From contig SUXT01000001.1 in assembly GCA_015060835.1 (NCBI GenBank), positions 5,277-69,276 of the forward strand: a DNA stretch of 64,000 bases, read 5' to 3'. Under the pieces are notes generated by a model. It was not told the origin of the DNA, did no database searches, and worked only from the letters and a program-made list of their open reading frames with translations. Made by a program: the position numbers and the translations under genes. Positions 35,921 through 45,404 of this stretch are shown here, piece by piece. Origin of the DNA: Bacteroidales bacterium (GTDB lineage: Bacteria; Bacteroidota; Bacteroidia; Bacteroidales; Bacteroidaceae). Positions within the stretch are counted from its first letter, which is position 1. Each line of letters starts with the position of its first letter.

Positions 35921-38900
35921 ATGAAAATAAAAGGATGTTTTCCATTATTTAAGTCAAACATTATTGCGCGTATTCAAATATATGTGCTAATGATTTTTCT
36001 ATTCATTCCCAGCGCGGGCTTTTGTGTTGAAGATTATTATGATAGACACATAATAATAGCAGTTGACCAGAAAGCTATTCGTGACTATGGTGATTACTCA
36101 AAAGCTAGGGATTCGCTATTCGCTGCGATAAAAAGTTTTCTAAGGAATGATGGCAAAATATCAGGCATGAATAAAACCATGTCATATATTTCTCCGGGAG
36201 TATATTTTGACAAAGAAACAGATAAAGTTTCTTTGTTTGCATTTGGAATTCCTGGTACAGATCAATATTCATATGATGATAGTCCATACGCGCGACTTAA
36301 AAGAAGTTTGCGTTATGATTATTCTTTCAATAAAATATCAGACTCCTTAATAAAAAGTAGAGCTGTGTATACTAAGAGCGGTGATCTTGAAAAATTTTTG
36401 AATAGTTTAAAACTTGTTTTTTATAATGATGAAATCCATAAACAAAAAAAACAGTATGGAAATTGTATTCTGAGTTTATCGCATTATGTAGATCCGTTGA
36501 TTATAAATCATATAGATGCTTCTGTAAAAGCGCGCGAATACTATCTTTTTATTGTTACTGATTATACATCTGGTGGTGGAGCTAACGATACAGGAGATAT
36601 CCGTAGAATGGAAGAACTGCTTGGTATGAAAAAACCAAATAGTAAAAGAAACCTATCCGATTTTAATACTAATGTAAATAATTTAATTTCAAAATATAGT
36701 CGTACAGAGATACTTAAAATACTGCCGTCAGGTTTCGGAGAAAGAGACCAGGTTGATCAGATTCAAGATTTTCCTATTATTAAAGGTAAGAAATTGTTGC
36801 TTGCCGGCAGCGAATGTTCCACATTATTTGTTGCTTCTGATATTAGATTGAAGCAATTGGAACTTGATGAGCCTTTTTATAATCTTCAGCCATCAAAGAT
36901 AACATTTGCGCATAGTGGAGATATTGTTCTCGAAAAAATAATGTTCACTATAAAGGATAAAAAAGGGAAAGTGCTTTTGAATGAAATCTTTGATGATTCC
37001 GAACAGCTCAAAGCAATGTATAATAAGACTGATAAAGGATATGAAATACCTGCTGTAAATGAATTAAATATAAGTAATTTAGCTGTTGGAGATTCTCTCT
37101 TTTTTGATTATGTGTTTTACACTAAATCAAGTAATGAAAATGGAGCGAATACAGTGCTTCCATATGTGTTTGTGGCAAATAAAGAATATTTAGTAACTGA
37201 TGATGTTTTTGTTCCCCGACCGCAAATGTCTAATTCGGATTTAGCGATGATATTTTTATCTATTTTGATTATCTTGTCAGTGGGTACAATACTATTGTAT
37301 TGGCTTTATAAAAAACGTGGACAGAACAGAGTCGTGAATCTTGATTTTAAAATCTGGCCTATAACTAACGAACGTTTCATGGAAGTTAAGAATAAACAGG
37401 TTTTAAAGTACGACTGTTGGTATTGGGATGGTCAAAGAAGAGACCATAATATTCGTGTAACAGGAAATTTAAATATTGAGGAAAAATCTTGGGCTAAAAA
37501 ATTCAAGTATATTGTAGAATTTTGGATTGAGGATATAGATGCGAATGCCGATTTTTCATTCCGTCCCAGTCTTCAAAAAAGAGAAGCAAATGGAAATGTA
37601 CGTGATTCCCGTCAATGGTACCCGGTACAGGAAGATTCTGACGGAACCGGTAATTTCAGTTGTGATGCGAATGTGTTTATAAGTGATGGCGAGAAACCTT
37701 CTCTTACAAAAGTACCTAATTTTAGTTTCGATAATATTTTGGAATTGAAGGTGAAGGTTAGAGTGAAAATGGTTGACAATGACGGCAAATTCATTAAATT
37801 TGTGAAAATTTCAAACAGTGACACAGATTGCATTGAAAAAGTTTATTCATTCATTGTTAAGCCGAAACTTGAAAATAGCAATGTTTGGATGGCATTTGAC
37901 CCGGGAACAACAGGATCATGTGCTGCATTCGGTGTATCAGCTCTTCCCACCGATTCAGATGATATTTTCTTGGCAATAAATAGGCATGAAAGTGAATCTG
38001 GTGATATCATCAATGATCCCTTGTTCCCCTCAAGGATAAGGATAAACAACAAATCCAAGCGTCTTTTTGCCAATACTCCCGCTCCTGCTGAACAGCTTAT
38101 CGAGGGAGAGGATTTTGATTTTGGAAATAAGGCCGAGATTTTTTGGAAAGCAAAGTCGAGCAACTGTTTCCAATCCATTAAAAAACTATTGGGTTATACA
38201 AACCTTCAAAAAATAGTAGATTCTCAAGGTCGTATTTCGGAAATTTCAGGACAAGATTTGGCGCATTTGTTGGTGAAAGGTTTGTATAAACACACTAAAG
38301 AATATATCGAATCAAATGCAAATAACTTCCAGAATATTTCTTCAATGTTTATGAAGAATGGTTCTTTCCATCCGCAACGTGCTATTGTAGCTGTGCCTAA
38401 CAATTATACACTTGTGAAAATACAAGAAATGGTTGATAGTGTCAAGAGAATTGGCGCATTCAATGAAGTGCACTACATTTATGAGTCAGAGTCCGTAATG
38501 ATGACTTATATAAGGAGCAATTGGAAACTTTTATTTGAACAAAGAGATGAACAGCAAGAGAAAGTCTATATAGTCTTTGATATGGGTGGTGCAACAATAA
38601 ATGCCACTGCTTTCAAATTGAATGTTTATCCTGATATTGTCAGAGGCAAGGCTAATGATATCAGCAGTATTGATGTAGAGACAATATCAAAAATTGGTTA
38701 CGGTGTCGGAGGTGATGATATTGACTACGCAATCATACAATTGATCTACGGAATTCCAACAATAAAAGCCCTTATTGCTGATGTAGAGAAGCATCAACGT
38801 GAACATAAAACAGCGCTTATAGAGTTGGCCCGCAAGATAAAACTGAGTTGGATAAGTTCTTATAATGGCAGTAGAAAGGCCGGTGGCATAACAAATAATA

Positions 38901-39859
38901 TTCATGACTTTTGGACAGAATTAGGTAATACATTTAAATACTCGTTTAAATTAAGTATTCCAATGTATACCGAAGAGGATGCTGCTTACTTAAATAAAGA
39001 AAGTGAAAAACATACTTTAATGAAGAAGTATGTACTTGATTCCGTAAAAAATGCTGTAATGAACTTATTGTCCACAATAGAGAATAAGTCAGATATTGTA
39101 TTGATAATGAGTGGTCGCAGTGTGTTGTATCCCGGTATAAACGGAGCTGTTGATGCAGCGTTGACATCTGCAGGCTGTGAAAAGATTGATAAGTGGAAAG
39201 GGTACTGTGATAAAAATGGAGTATTCGATTCGGAAAAGGTAAAATCTGCTGTAGCTATAGGAGCATGTTGGTATGCAATGTATAGCGACAGAATAAATAT
39301 GATTAACAATATAGTAACCACATCTTTTGGCTATATTGATTATGTTGAAGGTGAACAGAAATTTATTCCAATCGTGGAACGAAATAGCAGATATGACGCT
39401 AATGGCGAGTGTTCTGGCTTTGTTCAAACCATGGGTAGTACTCTTAGAACAGTGCGACTTGTTCAAATGCTAGGAATGAATTACGATGAAATATATTCTA
39501 CTCCCATCAAACACATGATGAATGTGCTTGATGAAGTACTTCCTCAACAGATTAACACATATGTCAACAAAGTAGAGATAACTGTTGATAATAAAAACAA
39601 CTTCTCATACACGATTTATGACGGTGTCAATGAAATAACAAAAATGAATAATCCTCATTCGCGTCTTGGCGACAACGATGTTAAGACTGAGATTGTAGAT
39701 GAAAACAGTTCAGCCTATGTTTATGCAACGCTTAACGAAAATGACTTGAATGTAAATAAGAATCAAGAGACTACATCGTCCGATGTCGAAACAACTCATG
39801 CAAATGAAGGTGCAACTAAAACAATAATACTTGAGAAAAATACAACAAAACGGTTCTAA
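35921..39859 (+). CDS. Giant bitopic membrane protein: exported N-terminal region (vWA-like fold without MIDAS?) - TM - cytoplasmic beta-rich region - Hsp70/actin-fold ATPase domain
   Basis: 1312 aa. N-terminal hydrophobic segment IQIYVLMIFLFIPSAGF. Internal TM LAMIFLSILIILSVGTILLYWLY followed by KKRGQNR. Hsp70 NBD motifs appear in order: MAFDPGTTGSCAAFG, AIVAVPNNYT..EMVDSVKRIGA, VYIVFDMGGATINATAF, GVGGDDIDYA, IVLIMSGRSVLYPG, AVAIGACWYA. Confidence 0.8.
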   Translation: MKIKGCFPLFKSNIIARIQIYVLMIFLFIPSAGFCVEDYYDRHIIIAVDQKAIRDYGDYSKARDSLFAAIKSFLRNDGKISGMNKTMSYISPGVYFDKETDKVSLFAFGIPGTDQYSYDDSPYARLKRSLRYDYSFNKISDSLIKSRAVYTKSGDLEKFLNSLKLVFYNDEIHKQKKQYGNCILSLSHYVDPLIINHIDASVKAREYYLFIVTDYTSGGGANDTGDIRRMEELLGMKKPNSKRNLSDFNTNVNNLISKYSRTEILKILPSGFGERDQVDQIQDFPIIKGKKLLLAGSECSTLFVASDIRLKQLELDEPFYNLQPSKITFAHSGDIVLEKIMFTIKDKKGKVLLNEIFDDSEQLKAMYNKTDKGYEIPAVNELNISNLAVGDSLFFDYVFYTKSSNENGANTVLPYVFVANKEYLVTDDVFVPRPQMSNSDLAMIFLSILIILSVGTILLYWLYKKRGQNRVVNLDFKIWPITNERFMEVKNKQVLKYDCWYWDGQRRDHNIRVTGNLNIEEKSWAKKFKYIVEFWIEDIDANADFSFRPSLQKREANGNVRDSRQWYPVQEDSDGTGNFSCDANVFISDGEKPSLTKVPNFSFDNILELKVKVRVKMVDNDGKFIKFVKISNSDTDCIEKVYSFIVKPKLENSNVWMAFDPGTTGSCAAFGVSALPTDSDDIFLAINRHESESGDIINDPLFPSRIRINNKSKRLFANTPAPAEQLIEGEDFDFGNKAEIFWKAKSSNCFQSIKKLLGYTNLQKIVDSQGRISEISGQDLAHLLVKGLYKHTKEYIESNANNFQNISSMFMKNGSFHPQRAIVAVPNNYTLVKIQEMVDSVKRIGAFNEVHYIYESESVMMTYIRSNWKLLFEQRDEQQEKVYIVFDMGGATINATAFKLNVYPDIVRGKANDISSIDVETISKIGYGVGGDDIDYAIIQLIYGIPTIKALIADVEKHQREHKTALIELARKIKLSWISSYNGSRKAGGITNNIHDFWTELGNTFKYSFKLSIPMYTEEDAAYLNKESEKHTLMKKYVLDSVKNAVMNLLSTIENKSDIVLIMSGRSVLYPGINGAVDAALTSAGCEKIDKWKGYCDKNGVFDSEKVKSAVAIGACWYAMYSDRINMINNIVTTSFGYIDYVEGEQKFIPIVERNSRYDANGECSGFVQTMGSTLRTVRLVQMLGMNYDEIYSTPIKHMMNVLDEVLPQQINTYVNKVEITVDNKNNFSYTIYDGVNEITKMNNPHSRLGDNDVKTEIVDENSSAYVYATLNENDLNVNKNQETTSSDVETTHANEGATKTIILEKNTTKRF

Positions 39860-39880
39860 ATTTATAAATTGAAGATTATT

Positions 39881-41968
39881 ATGAAAAGAGCAACTTTATA
39901 CTTTATTCTTATTATCTGTACCACATTTTGTTTTATATGTACAGCAAATGGTCGAAATGAGAATATTGAATTCAACCAAGAAGGTTGTAAATTAGAAAAT
40001 AATGGTGTACAATATTTTAAAATTAATGAAAATAGAGTCGTTTTTACCGGTGACGCTCTATATTTGAATGCTACAAAGAATGATAATATAACAATTAATA
40101 CGAATGATCCTAAAATAAAACCCATTCTTTCAGGCAATAAATATTATCGTGAGATAAATACAAATAATAAATTTGATATAGTAGTACTAAAAAAATACAA
40201 CAAACTAACTATTTACAACAAGAAGAAGAATAATAACGATACTATAAACTTAATTACTTTTGAAGCTTATGACGACACTTTACATCTAAAAGAAATAATT
40301 GAAACAGCGCAAATAAAATCTGACTTTCGTAAAGGTGGCTCTAAATCAAGAAGAGGTGCCGGCGACGATACAACTGATCAAAATGATACAATAATTCATC
40401 AGAATGATACAATAACTTTGGATTTATCATTAGGTAATCAATATTGGTCATTCGATGGAAGACTTATGTTGGGAACCGATACTATTGAAAATATTGTATT
40501 GAATAAAGATAAAAAAGATAATAAGATCAAGTTGCCGTTGAACACTTCTTTGCGTGACTCTCAAGAACTTTTCATCACAGGAAAACTTAAATATGGGGAA
40601 TTTGAACTTGATGCGAAGATTTTTAGTAAGAGATTGAGCGTCAAAGAGCCAATTGCCCTCTCTTTTTGGGGTAAAGCAAAAGAATGGTTCGTAGCTAAGC
40701 CTCTTTGGGTTGTAATTTTGTTAGGTGTCGCTGCGTTATTGTTGTTGGCCTTAATTGTATTCATAATCATTCTTGCTACAAAAAAATGCAGAAAGAAAGA
40801 GAATAATGATGACGGCAATTCGGATAATGGTAATAAAGGAACATCAAAAGATAATGGTAATAAAGGAACATCAAAGGATAATGGTAAAGCTCCTTTAAAT
40901 AAGGGAAAAAATAACGTTTCACCAAAACAGGAATCAGGAAAAGAAAAAAATGAAGCACCCACTTCCAATGAAGACGTTAAGTCTCCTCAGATAGCCGACA
41001 AGCTAAATGGAATAAGTGATAAACTTGTAGAAATAGAAAAGAAACTCAAAGAATCTACAAAATTCAACGATATTGAGAAAAGACTCAATGATATTGAGAC
41101 AAAGCTCAAAGACGACAGTAAATTCAAAAATATAGAAACAAGAATCAAGAGTATAGATGAAAAATTAGATGCGCCTAAAAAACTAAAAGAAACAGAAGCT
41201 GCTTTAGAAAAAACCAAAAAAGATTTGGAGAGTTCTAATAAAAAGAATACGGAACTTAGTTCAGATTTGTCAGTAGCTAAAGAAAACATTAGAACATTAG
41301 AAAAGGCTCAGGAGGTGTTTTCGTCCAGAATAACATATGTGCCTTTTGCTGAAGAGTATTGCAAGAAAATACAAAAACTGATTAGTGTTGCCGATCAAAT
41401 ATCTAAAGAGGCGAATGCATTGTATAGCTCTTCATCAATAGATGATCCTTGGCACATAATGAAGGCTATAACCAAATATAGTGTGGCTATATGTGGTATT
41501 GACATAGAGCAATTCTACACCGAAGTTAGAATGATAGGTAGCGGGCAGGTTGTTCTAAACGGTACGATGTTGTGCCAATATAATAAAGGAACCGATGAGA
41601 ATGAACTTAAAAATTCGACTAAGAACTATTTTTTCAGCACCTACCTAAGCCGATATATAGATGCTTTGGTCGTTTTCAATGAAACACTTATCGGTATGGA
41701 TAGATTGGTAAACGGTATTTCAAAAAGCGATGTTGCAAAATTCGTGCAATTCCGAGATAGAATTAACGAAATATTGTCCTCTATAGAAATAACTGTCAAT
41801 TCAGTGAAGTTGTTCGAGCCGGTAGGCCAAAAATTATATTTGCAGGCCGAATCAGGTTCTTATGGCAACTTTGAATCAGGTACAATCGTAGAAGTAGAGA
41901 ATTGTGTTGTATACCTGACAGGGTCTACAGCTCCATCTACCAAAATTAGAGTAAAAGTTCAAGAATGA
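39881..41968 (+). CDS. Bitopic membrane protein: exported N-domain - TM - low-complexity linker - coiled coil with tandem repeats - C-terminal globular domain
   Basis: The ATG at 39881 (MKRATLYFILIICTTFCFICTANG) is preferred over the TTG at 39869. TM LWVVILLGVAALLLLALIVFIIILAT followed by KKCRKKE. NGNKGTSKD occurs twice. It has repeated KFNDIEKRLNDIETKLKD-type heptad units. Confidence 0.75.
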   Translation: MKRATLYFILIICTTFCFICTANGRNENIEFNQEGCKLENNGVQYFKINENRVVFTGDALYLNATKNDNITINTNDPKIKPILSGNKYYREINTNNKFDIVVLKKYNKLTIYNKKKNNNDTINLITFEAYDDTLHLKEIIETAQIKSDFRKGGSKSRRGAGDDTTDQNDTIIHQNDTITLDLSLGNQYWSFDGRLMLGTDTIENIVLNKDKKDNKIKLPLNTSLRDSQELFITGKLKYGEFELDAKIFSKRLSVKEPIALSFWGKAKEWFVAKPLWVVILLGVAALLLLALIVFIIILATKKCRKKENNDDGNSDNGNKGTSKDNGNKGTSKDNGKAPLNKGKNNVSPKQESGKEKNEAPTSNEDVKSPQIADKLNGISDKLVEIEKKLKESTKFNDIEKRLNDIETKLKDDSKFKNIETRIKSIDEKLDAPKKLKETEAALEKTKKDLESSNKKNTELSSDLSVAKENIRTLEKAQEVFSSRITYVPFAEEYCKKIQKLISVADQISKEANALYSSSSIDDPWHIMKAITKYSVAICGIDIEQFYTEVRMIGSGQVVLNGTMLCQYNKGTDENELKNSTKNYFFSTYLSRYIDALVVFNETLIGMDRLVNGISKSDVAKFVQFRDRINEILSSIEITVNSVKLFEPVGQKLYLQAESGSYGNFESGTIVEVENCVVYLTGSTAPSTKIRVKVQE
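40823..40888 (+). repeat. 27-bp tandem repeat, 2.4 copies, in frame
   Basis: gataatggtaataaaggaacatcaaaa / gataatggtaataaaggaacatcaaag / gataatggtaaa. Confidence 0.85.
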
Positions 41969-41990
41969 TAAAACTATAAATATAACTATT

Positions 41991-43346
41991 ATGAGTATTA
42001 AAAAATTAATATTGATTTCAATCGGTGTTGTAATTTTAGCAAGTGTGGTAATTAGTATTATTACTCCTGAACCAAAATACAGCAACAACTTTAAGGCATC
42101 TTATCCCGAAGTGTTAAAGTTACAGACTTCAAACATTCCCGGAGCAGAGACTTCTGATGTGCCCCAAGTAGACGTTATTGTTGATTTCTCGGGAAGCATG
42201 AGGGGATTTATCGATTACAGTGGAGTGAACAATGGCGCTGTAGACAATAGTAATTTTATAAGTACCGTTTCGGACTTTCTTACAGAATACGAATCCAATT
42301 TTAAAGCCAAGAGTATAGTTTACTGTGGCACTAAGAAGTACGGAAAGGACGAATTCAGAGAGGGAATGCGCAACAAAGGGATTTTTCATGGCGGAACTAC
42401 TGAACTTGACAAACTTATAGAAAAAACGGTTTCGATGGCAAGTGACACTTCTGTCAGTGTGTTATTGTCAGATATGGTACTCTCTTATGGCCCTAACGTA
42501 ATTAGAACTTCAAAGAATCCCAGGTACAATAAAGATGCTCTTGATGGCCTCTCATCTGCAGTTAAAAGTTGTATTACAAAAGCAAAGGATAAGGGGCTCG
42601 ACATAATGTTAGTGCAGTATTTGTGCGATTTCAGTGGACAATACTATTACAATTATTTGGAGAACCTTCCCAATAACCGAAGCGACTACAATGGTGCTTT
42701 AATGAAAAACAGACCATACTATTTTATGCTAATCGGTAAAAAGAGGCACCTTGTAAATTTGTACGATAAGTGTGTGAAGAAAGCCGAGTATGTATACACT
42801 TCATTTGATGTAGCAGAAAATCCCAATGACAAAAAAGCGTTTTCTATAGCTGAAAAGAAAAACAAAAACGGCGTGAATTATTGGGAGCAAGGAACTGAAG
42901 AAACAGAATCTCCCGGAACATTCGTAACGAAACTTGATTTGGAGGGCGAGAAGAATGCTTTTGCAGTAAGATATGATAATTTTATCCTGCCTACATTTAT
43001 AAATGGTTGTGATATTGTGGTAAATACAGACTTTGGTCATATAGAAGATATGGTCTATGATGCAAATTCAAAGACTTTAACATATACCTACTGTTTACCT
43101 AATTTTGAAAAACTTAAAAATGCAGACAATATTGCATCTATTGATGTCATGTATAATAGTTCTGCAAATAAGTGTGATGCAATATCTCTTGACGACGATG
43201 TAAACATGGAACTTGCTAAACTGGAGGGAAAAACATGGTCGGTCAGCGCAGTGGTAAGCGCTATCGATGGAGCTTATTATGGCAAGAGAGGACGCGAGGC
43301 TTGTATAACAGTATCAAGAACAAAATTAATATTCAAGAAAATCTAA
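41991..43346 (+). CDS. N-terminally membrane-anchored von Willebrand factor A (vWA) domain protein with an intact MIDAS motif
   Basis: 451 aa. TM LILISIGVVILASVVISIITP. VDVIVDFSGSM is a DxSxS MIDAS motif, and VSVLLSDM is the later strand typical of vWA. The C-terminal roughly 200 aa is unassigned. Confidence 0.7.
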   Translation: MSIKKLILISIGVVILASVVISIITPEPKYSNNFKASYPEVLKLQTSNIPGAETSDVPQVDVIVDFSGSMRGFIDYSGVNNGAVDNSNFISTVSDFLTEYESNFKAKSIVYCGTKKYGKDEFREGMRNKGIFHGGTTELDKLIEKTVSMASDTSVSVLLSDMVLSYGPNVIRTSKNPRYNKDALDGLSSAVKSCITKAKDKGLDIMLVQYLCDFSGQYYYNYLENLPNNRSDYNGALMKNRPYYFMLIGKKRHLVNLYDKCVKKAEYVYTSFDVAENPNDKKAFSIAEKKNKNGVNYWEQGTEETESPGTFVTKLDLEGEKNAFAVRYDNFILPTFINGCDIVVNTDFGHIEDMVYDANSKTLTYTYCLPNFEKLKNADNIASIDVMYNSSANKCDAISLDDDVNMELAKLEGKTWSVSAVVSAIDGAYYGKRGREACITVSRTKLIFKKI

Positions 43347-43362
43347 AAAATATTTTTATATT

Positions 43363-43794
43363 ATGGAAACAATAAGACGATTTGCAGAATTTTTCTATGG
43401 GTTTTGTGTAGACATGAAACTTAAGTTATTTACACCTGCTCCTCAAGGTGATGATGGTTTAGCATGGTTGTTGATATTTTTACTTGGCTCCTCGGCGCTA
43501 TTTGCTGCAATTTATTATTTTGGGGTAGAAAGAGATGCAAGAAACGCAACACCTAAAAATTATTTGTCATTATATATCGCAGGTTATTTGACATTGGTCG
43601 CTGTTAATTTTGTGGGGCTTGCTTCGATAGCCAAGGATGGCGAACTCCCTTTAGTGGATATATTTTATGTATCATTGATTGATATCATTTATTATTCCAT
43701 TTTGTTTGAAATCCACTCATTATGGATGAAGGGATTATCAAAGAATTCCAAGTGTATAGATATTATATCAATATTGTTTAACAAGAATATATAA
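43363..43794 (+). CDS. Small polytopic membrane protein
   Basis: 143 aa with three to four hydrophobic segments. It is tightly packed in the operon, with 16-nt and 4-nt gaps. Confidence 0.65.
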   Translation: METIRRFAEFFYGFCVDMKLKLFTPAPQGDDGLAWLLIFLLGSSALFAAIYYFGVERDARNATPKNYLSLYIAGYLTLVAVNFVGLASIAKDGELPLVDIFYVSLIDIIYYSILFEIHSLWMKGLSKNSKCIDIISILFNKNI

Positions 43795-43798
43795 TCTG

Positions 43799-45388
43799 AT
43801 GAATATGATGAATAATTTATATGTATTTGCAATAGGTGGTAGTGGAGAGCGCGTAGTTAAATCTTTGGTTATGATGCTCACTACCGGAATGAAAATAGGA
43901 GCACAACGTATAAAACCGGTGTTTATTGACAACGATGTTGATTCTAAGGCGTTTAAAACATGTTGCGAACTTATAACGTATTATAATGCTACACCACAGT
44001 CGGATCACAAGATGGGTGCCAATACATTGTACCTTCAGGAGGACCAGGATTCTGCAACTTGGGGCAGTTTTTTCCATGTTCCAATAGACAAGCCTATTGT
44101 GCTCAATAAGGCAGGGGAGGCTATTGGCAATCTTCGAAATGTTATAGGGTATACCAGAGGAGAAACAGCTGCTCATAAATCAATTGAAGAGGAAATGAAT
44201 CTACTTTTCACTGATGACGATTTGAATATGCCGTTGAGTGTCGGTTTTGTTGGTAATCCCAATATAGGAAGTATAGTCTTGAATTCTCTTTCGTTGGATG
44301 GTGATGGTAGTACAGATTTTGGAAAAATTTTGGCTAATATCTCGGCTAATGATGGAGCTATAGTTATAGGTTCTCTTTTTGGTGGCACAGGAGCTGCCGG
44401 GCTTCCGTTGGTAATAAATAAATTAAAATCGTTGCCTCCGGCTAAAAAACCTATATTGGGTGGCATTGCTGTATTACCTTATTTTAATACAGATCAGCAA
44501 GGCGATAAGCATCCCGATCTTGATACAAAAAAATGGGATGTAAAATCCGGTTCCTTTGTCGCAAAAACTCGTGCCGCCTTGATGTACTATGATGATTATA
44601 TGAAGTATGATTATGACTGTTTATATTATGTCGGCAATAGTCAGGAACTGGATACATTCCATCATTGTGTCGGTGGTGAAAAACAGGATAATCCTTACCA
44701 TATCGTAGAAATGATGTCTGCACTCTCTGTTATTGATTTTTCTATGGCTACACATTTGGATAAAATAGAATATAAGTCTCCTATCTGGGGATTTACAGAC
44801 CAAAATAATTCGAATGTTTCAGGAATCTATAATTCTGATTTGGCAAAGTCTTTAGTTAAATTCAGAATGTTGAAAGAGATGTTCTATTCGTCGGGTGAGT
44901 CATTTTTGAAGTGGGCGATAGATATAAGGAAAGATTACTGTGATAGAACTGGGTTCAATGAGCCTTTCCGACTTTCGGTTTGCGGACAAAGCAGTGCAAA
45001 TTCACAAGCGTGGGGAATTGCCAATTTGTTTAGAGAATTTGATAAGTGGATGAGTGAACTCTCTTCTGATAGAGTAAGCAGACCATTTTTGCTTTTCAAT
45101 AGTTCGGCACAAAATGTAAACGGCGATAACATTACTAAAGAATTCTATTCTGAGCGTAAAGAGGACGAGGTAAATTTTGGTATTGCAAAATCTGAATTAA
45201 AAGGTTTTTTCAAGAAAACTCTTGCTGCTGTAAAAGCTGATATCGCAAATGAAATGCAGAATGCCTATAATCAACTTTACCCAGGAGGAATAAAACAAGC
45301 AGATACTGCGAAAACATTGTCTATTTTGTTGAAAATAATATCAAAGGCATTGGATAATGTGTTGGAAAAGAATTGTATAGAATTATAA
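43799..45388 (+). CDS. Divergent FtsZ/tubulin-superfamily GTPase-like protein
   Basis: 529 aa. LYVFAIGGSGERVVKSLVMM compares with FtsZ IGVGGGG.NAV. AIVIGSLFGGTGAAGLPLVINKL compares with the FtsZ/tubulin signature GGGTG(T/S)G. ILGGIAVLPYF compares with FtsZ VGVVTKPF. The three motifs occur in the correct order and spacing. Confidence 0.7.
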   Translation: MNMMNNLYVFAIGGSGERVVKSLVMMLTTGMKIGAQRIKPVFIDNDVDSKAFKTCCELITYYNATPQSDHKMGANTLYLQEDQDSATWGSFFHVPIDKPIVLNKAGEAIGNLRNVIGYTRGETAAHKSIEEEMNLLFTDDDLNMPLSVGFVGNPNIGSIVLNSLSLDGDGSTDFGKILANISANDGAIVIGSLFGGTGAAGLPLVINKLKSLPPAKKPILGGIAVLPYFNTDQQGDKHPDLDTKKWDVKSGSFVAKTRAALMYYDDYMKYDYDCLYYVGNSQELDTFHHCVGGEKQDNPYHIVEMMSALSVIDFSMATHLDKIEYKSPIWGFTDQNNSNVSGIYNSDLAKSLVKFRMLKEMFYSSGESFLKWAIDIRKDYCDRTGFNEPFRLSVCGQSSANSQAWGIANLFREFDKWMSELSSDRVSRPFLLFNSSAQNVNGDNITKEFYSERKEDEVNFGIAKSELKGFFKKTLAAVKADIANEMQNAYNQLYPGGIKQADTAKTLSILLKIISKALDNVLEKNCIEL

Positions 45389-45404
45389 AATTGGTTAGAC
45401 CATT

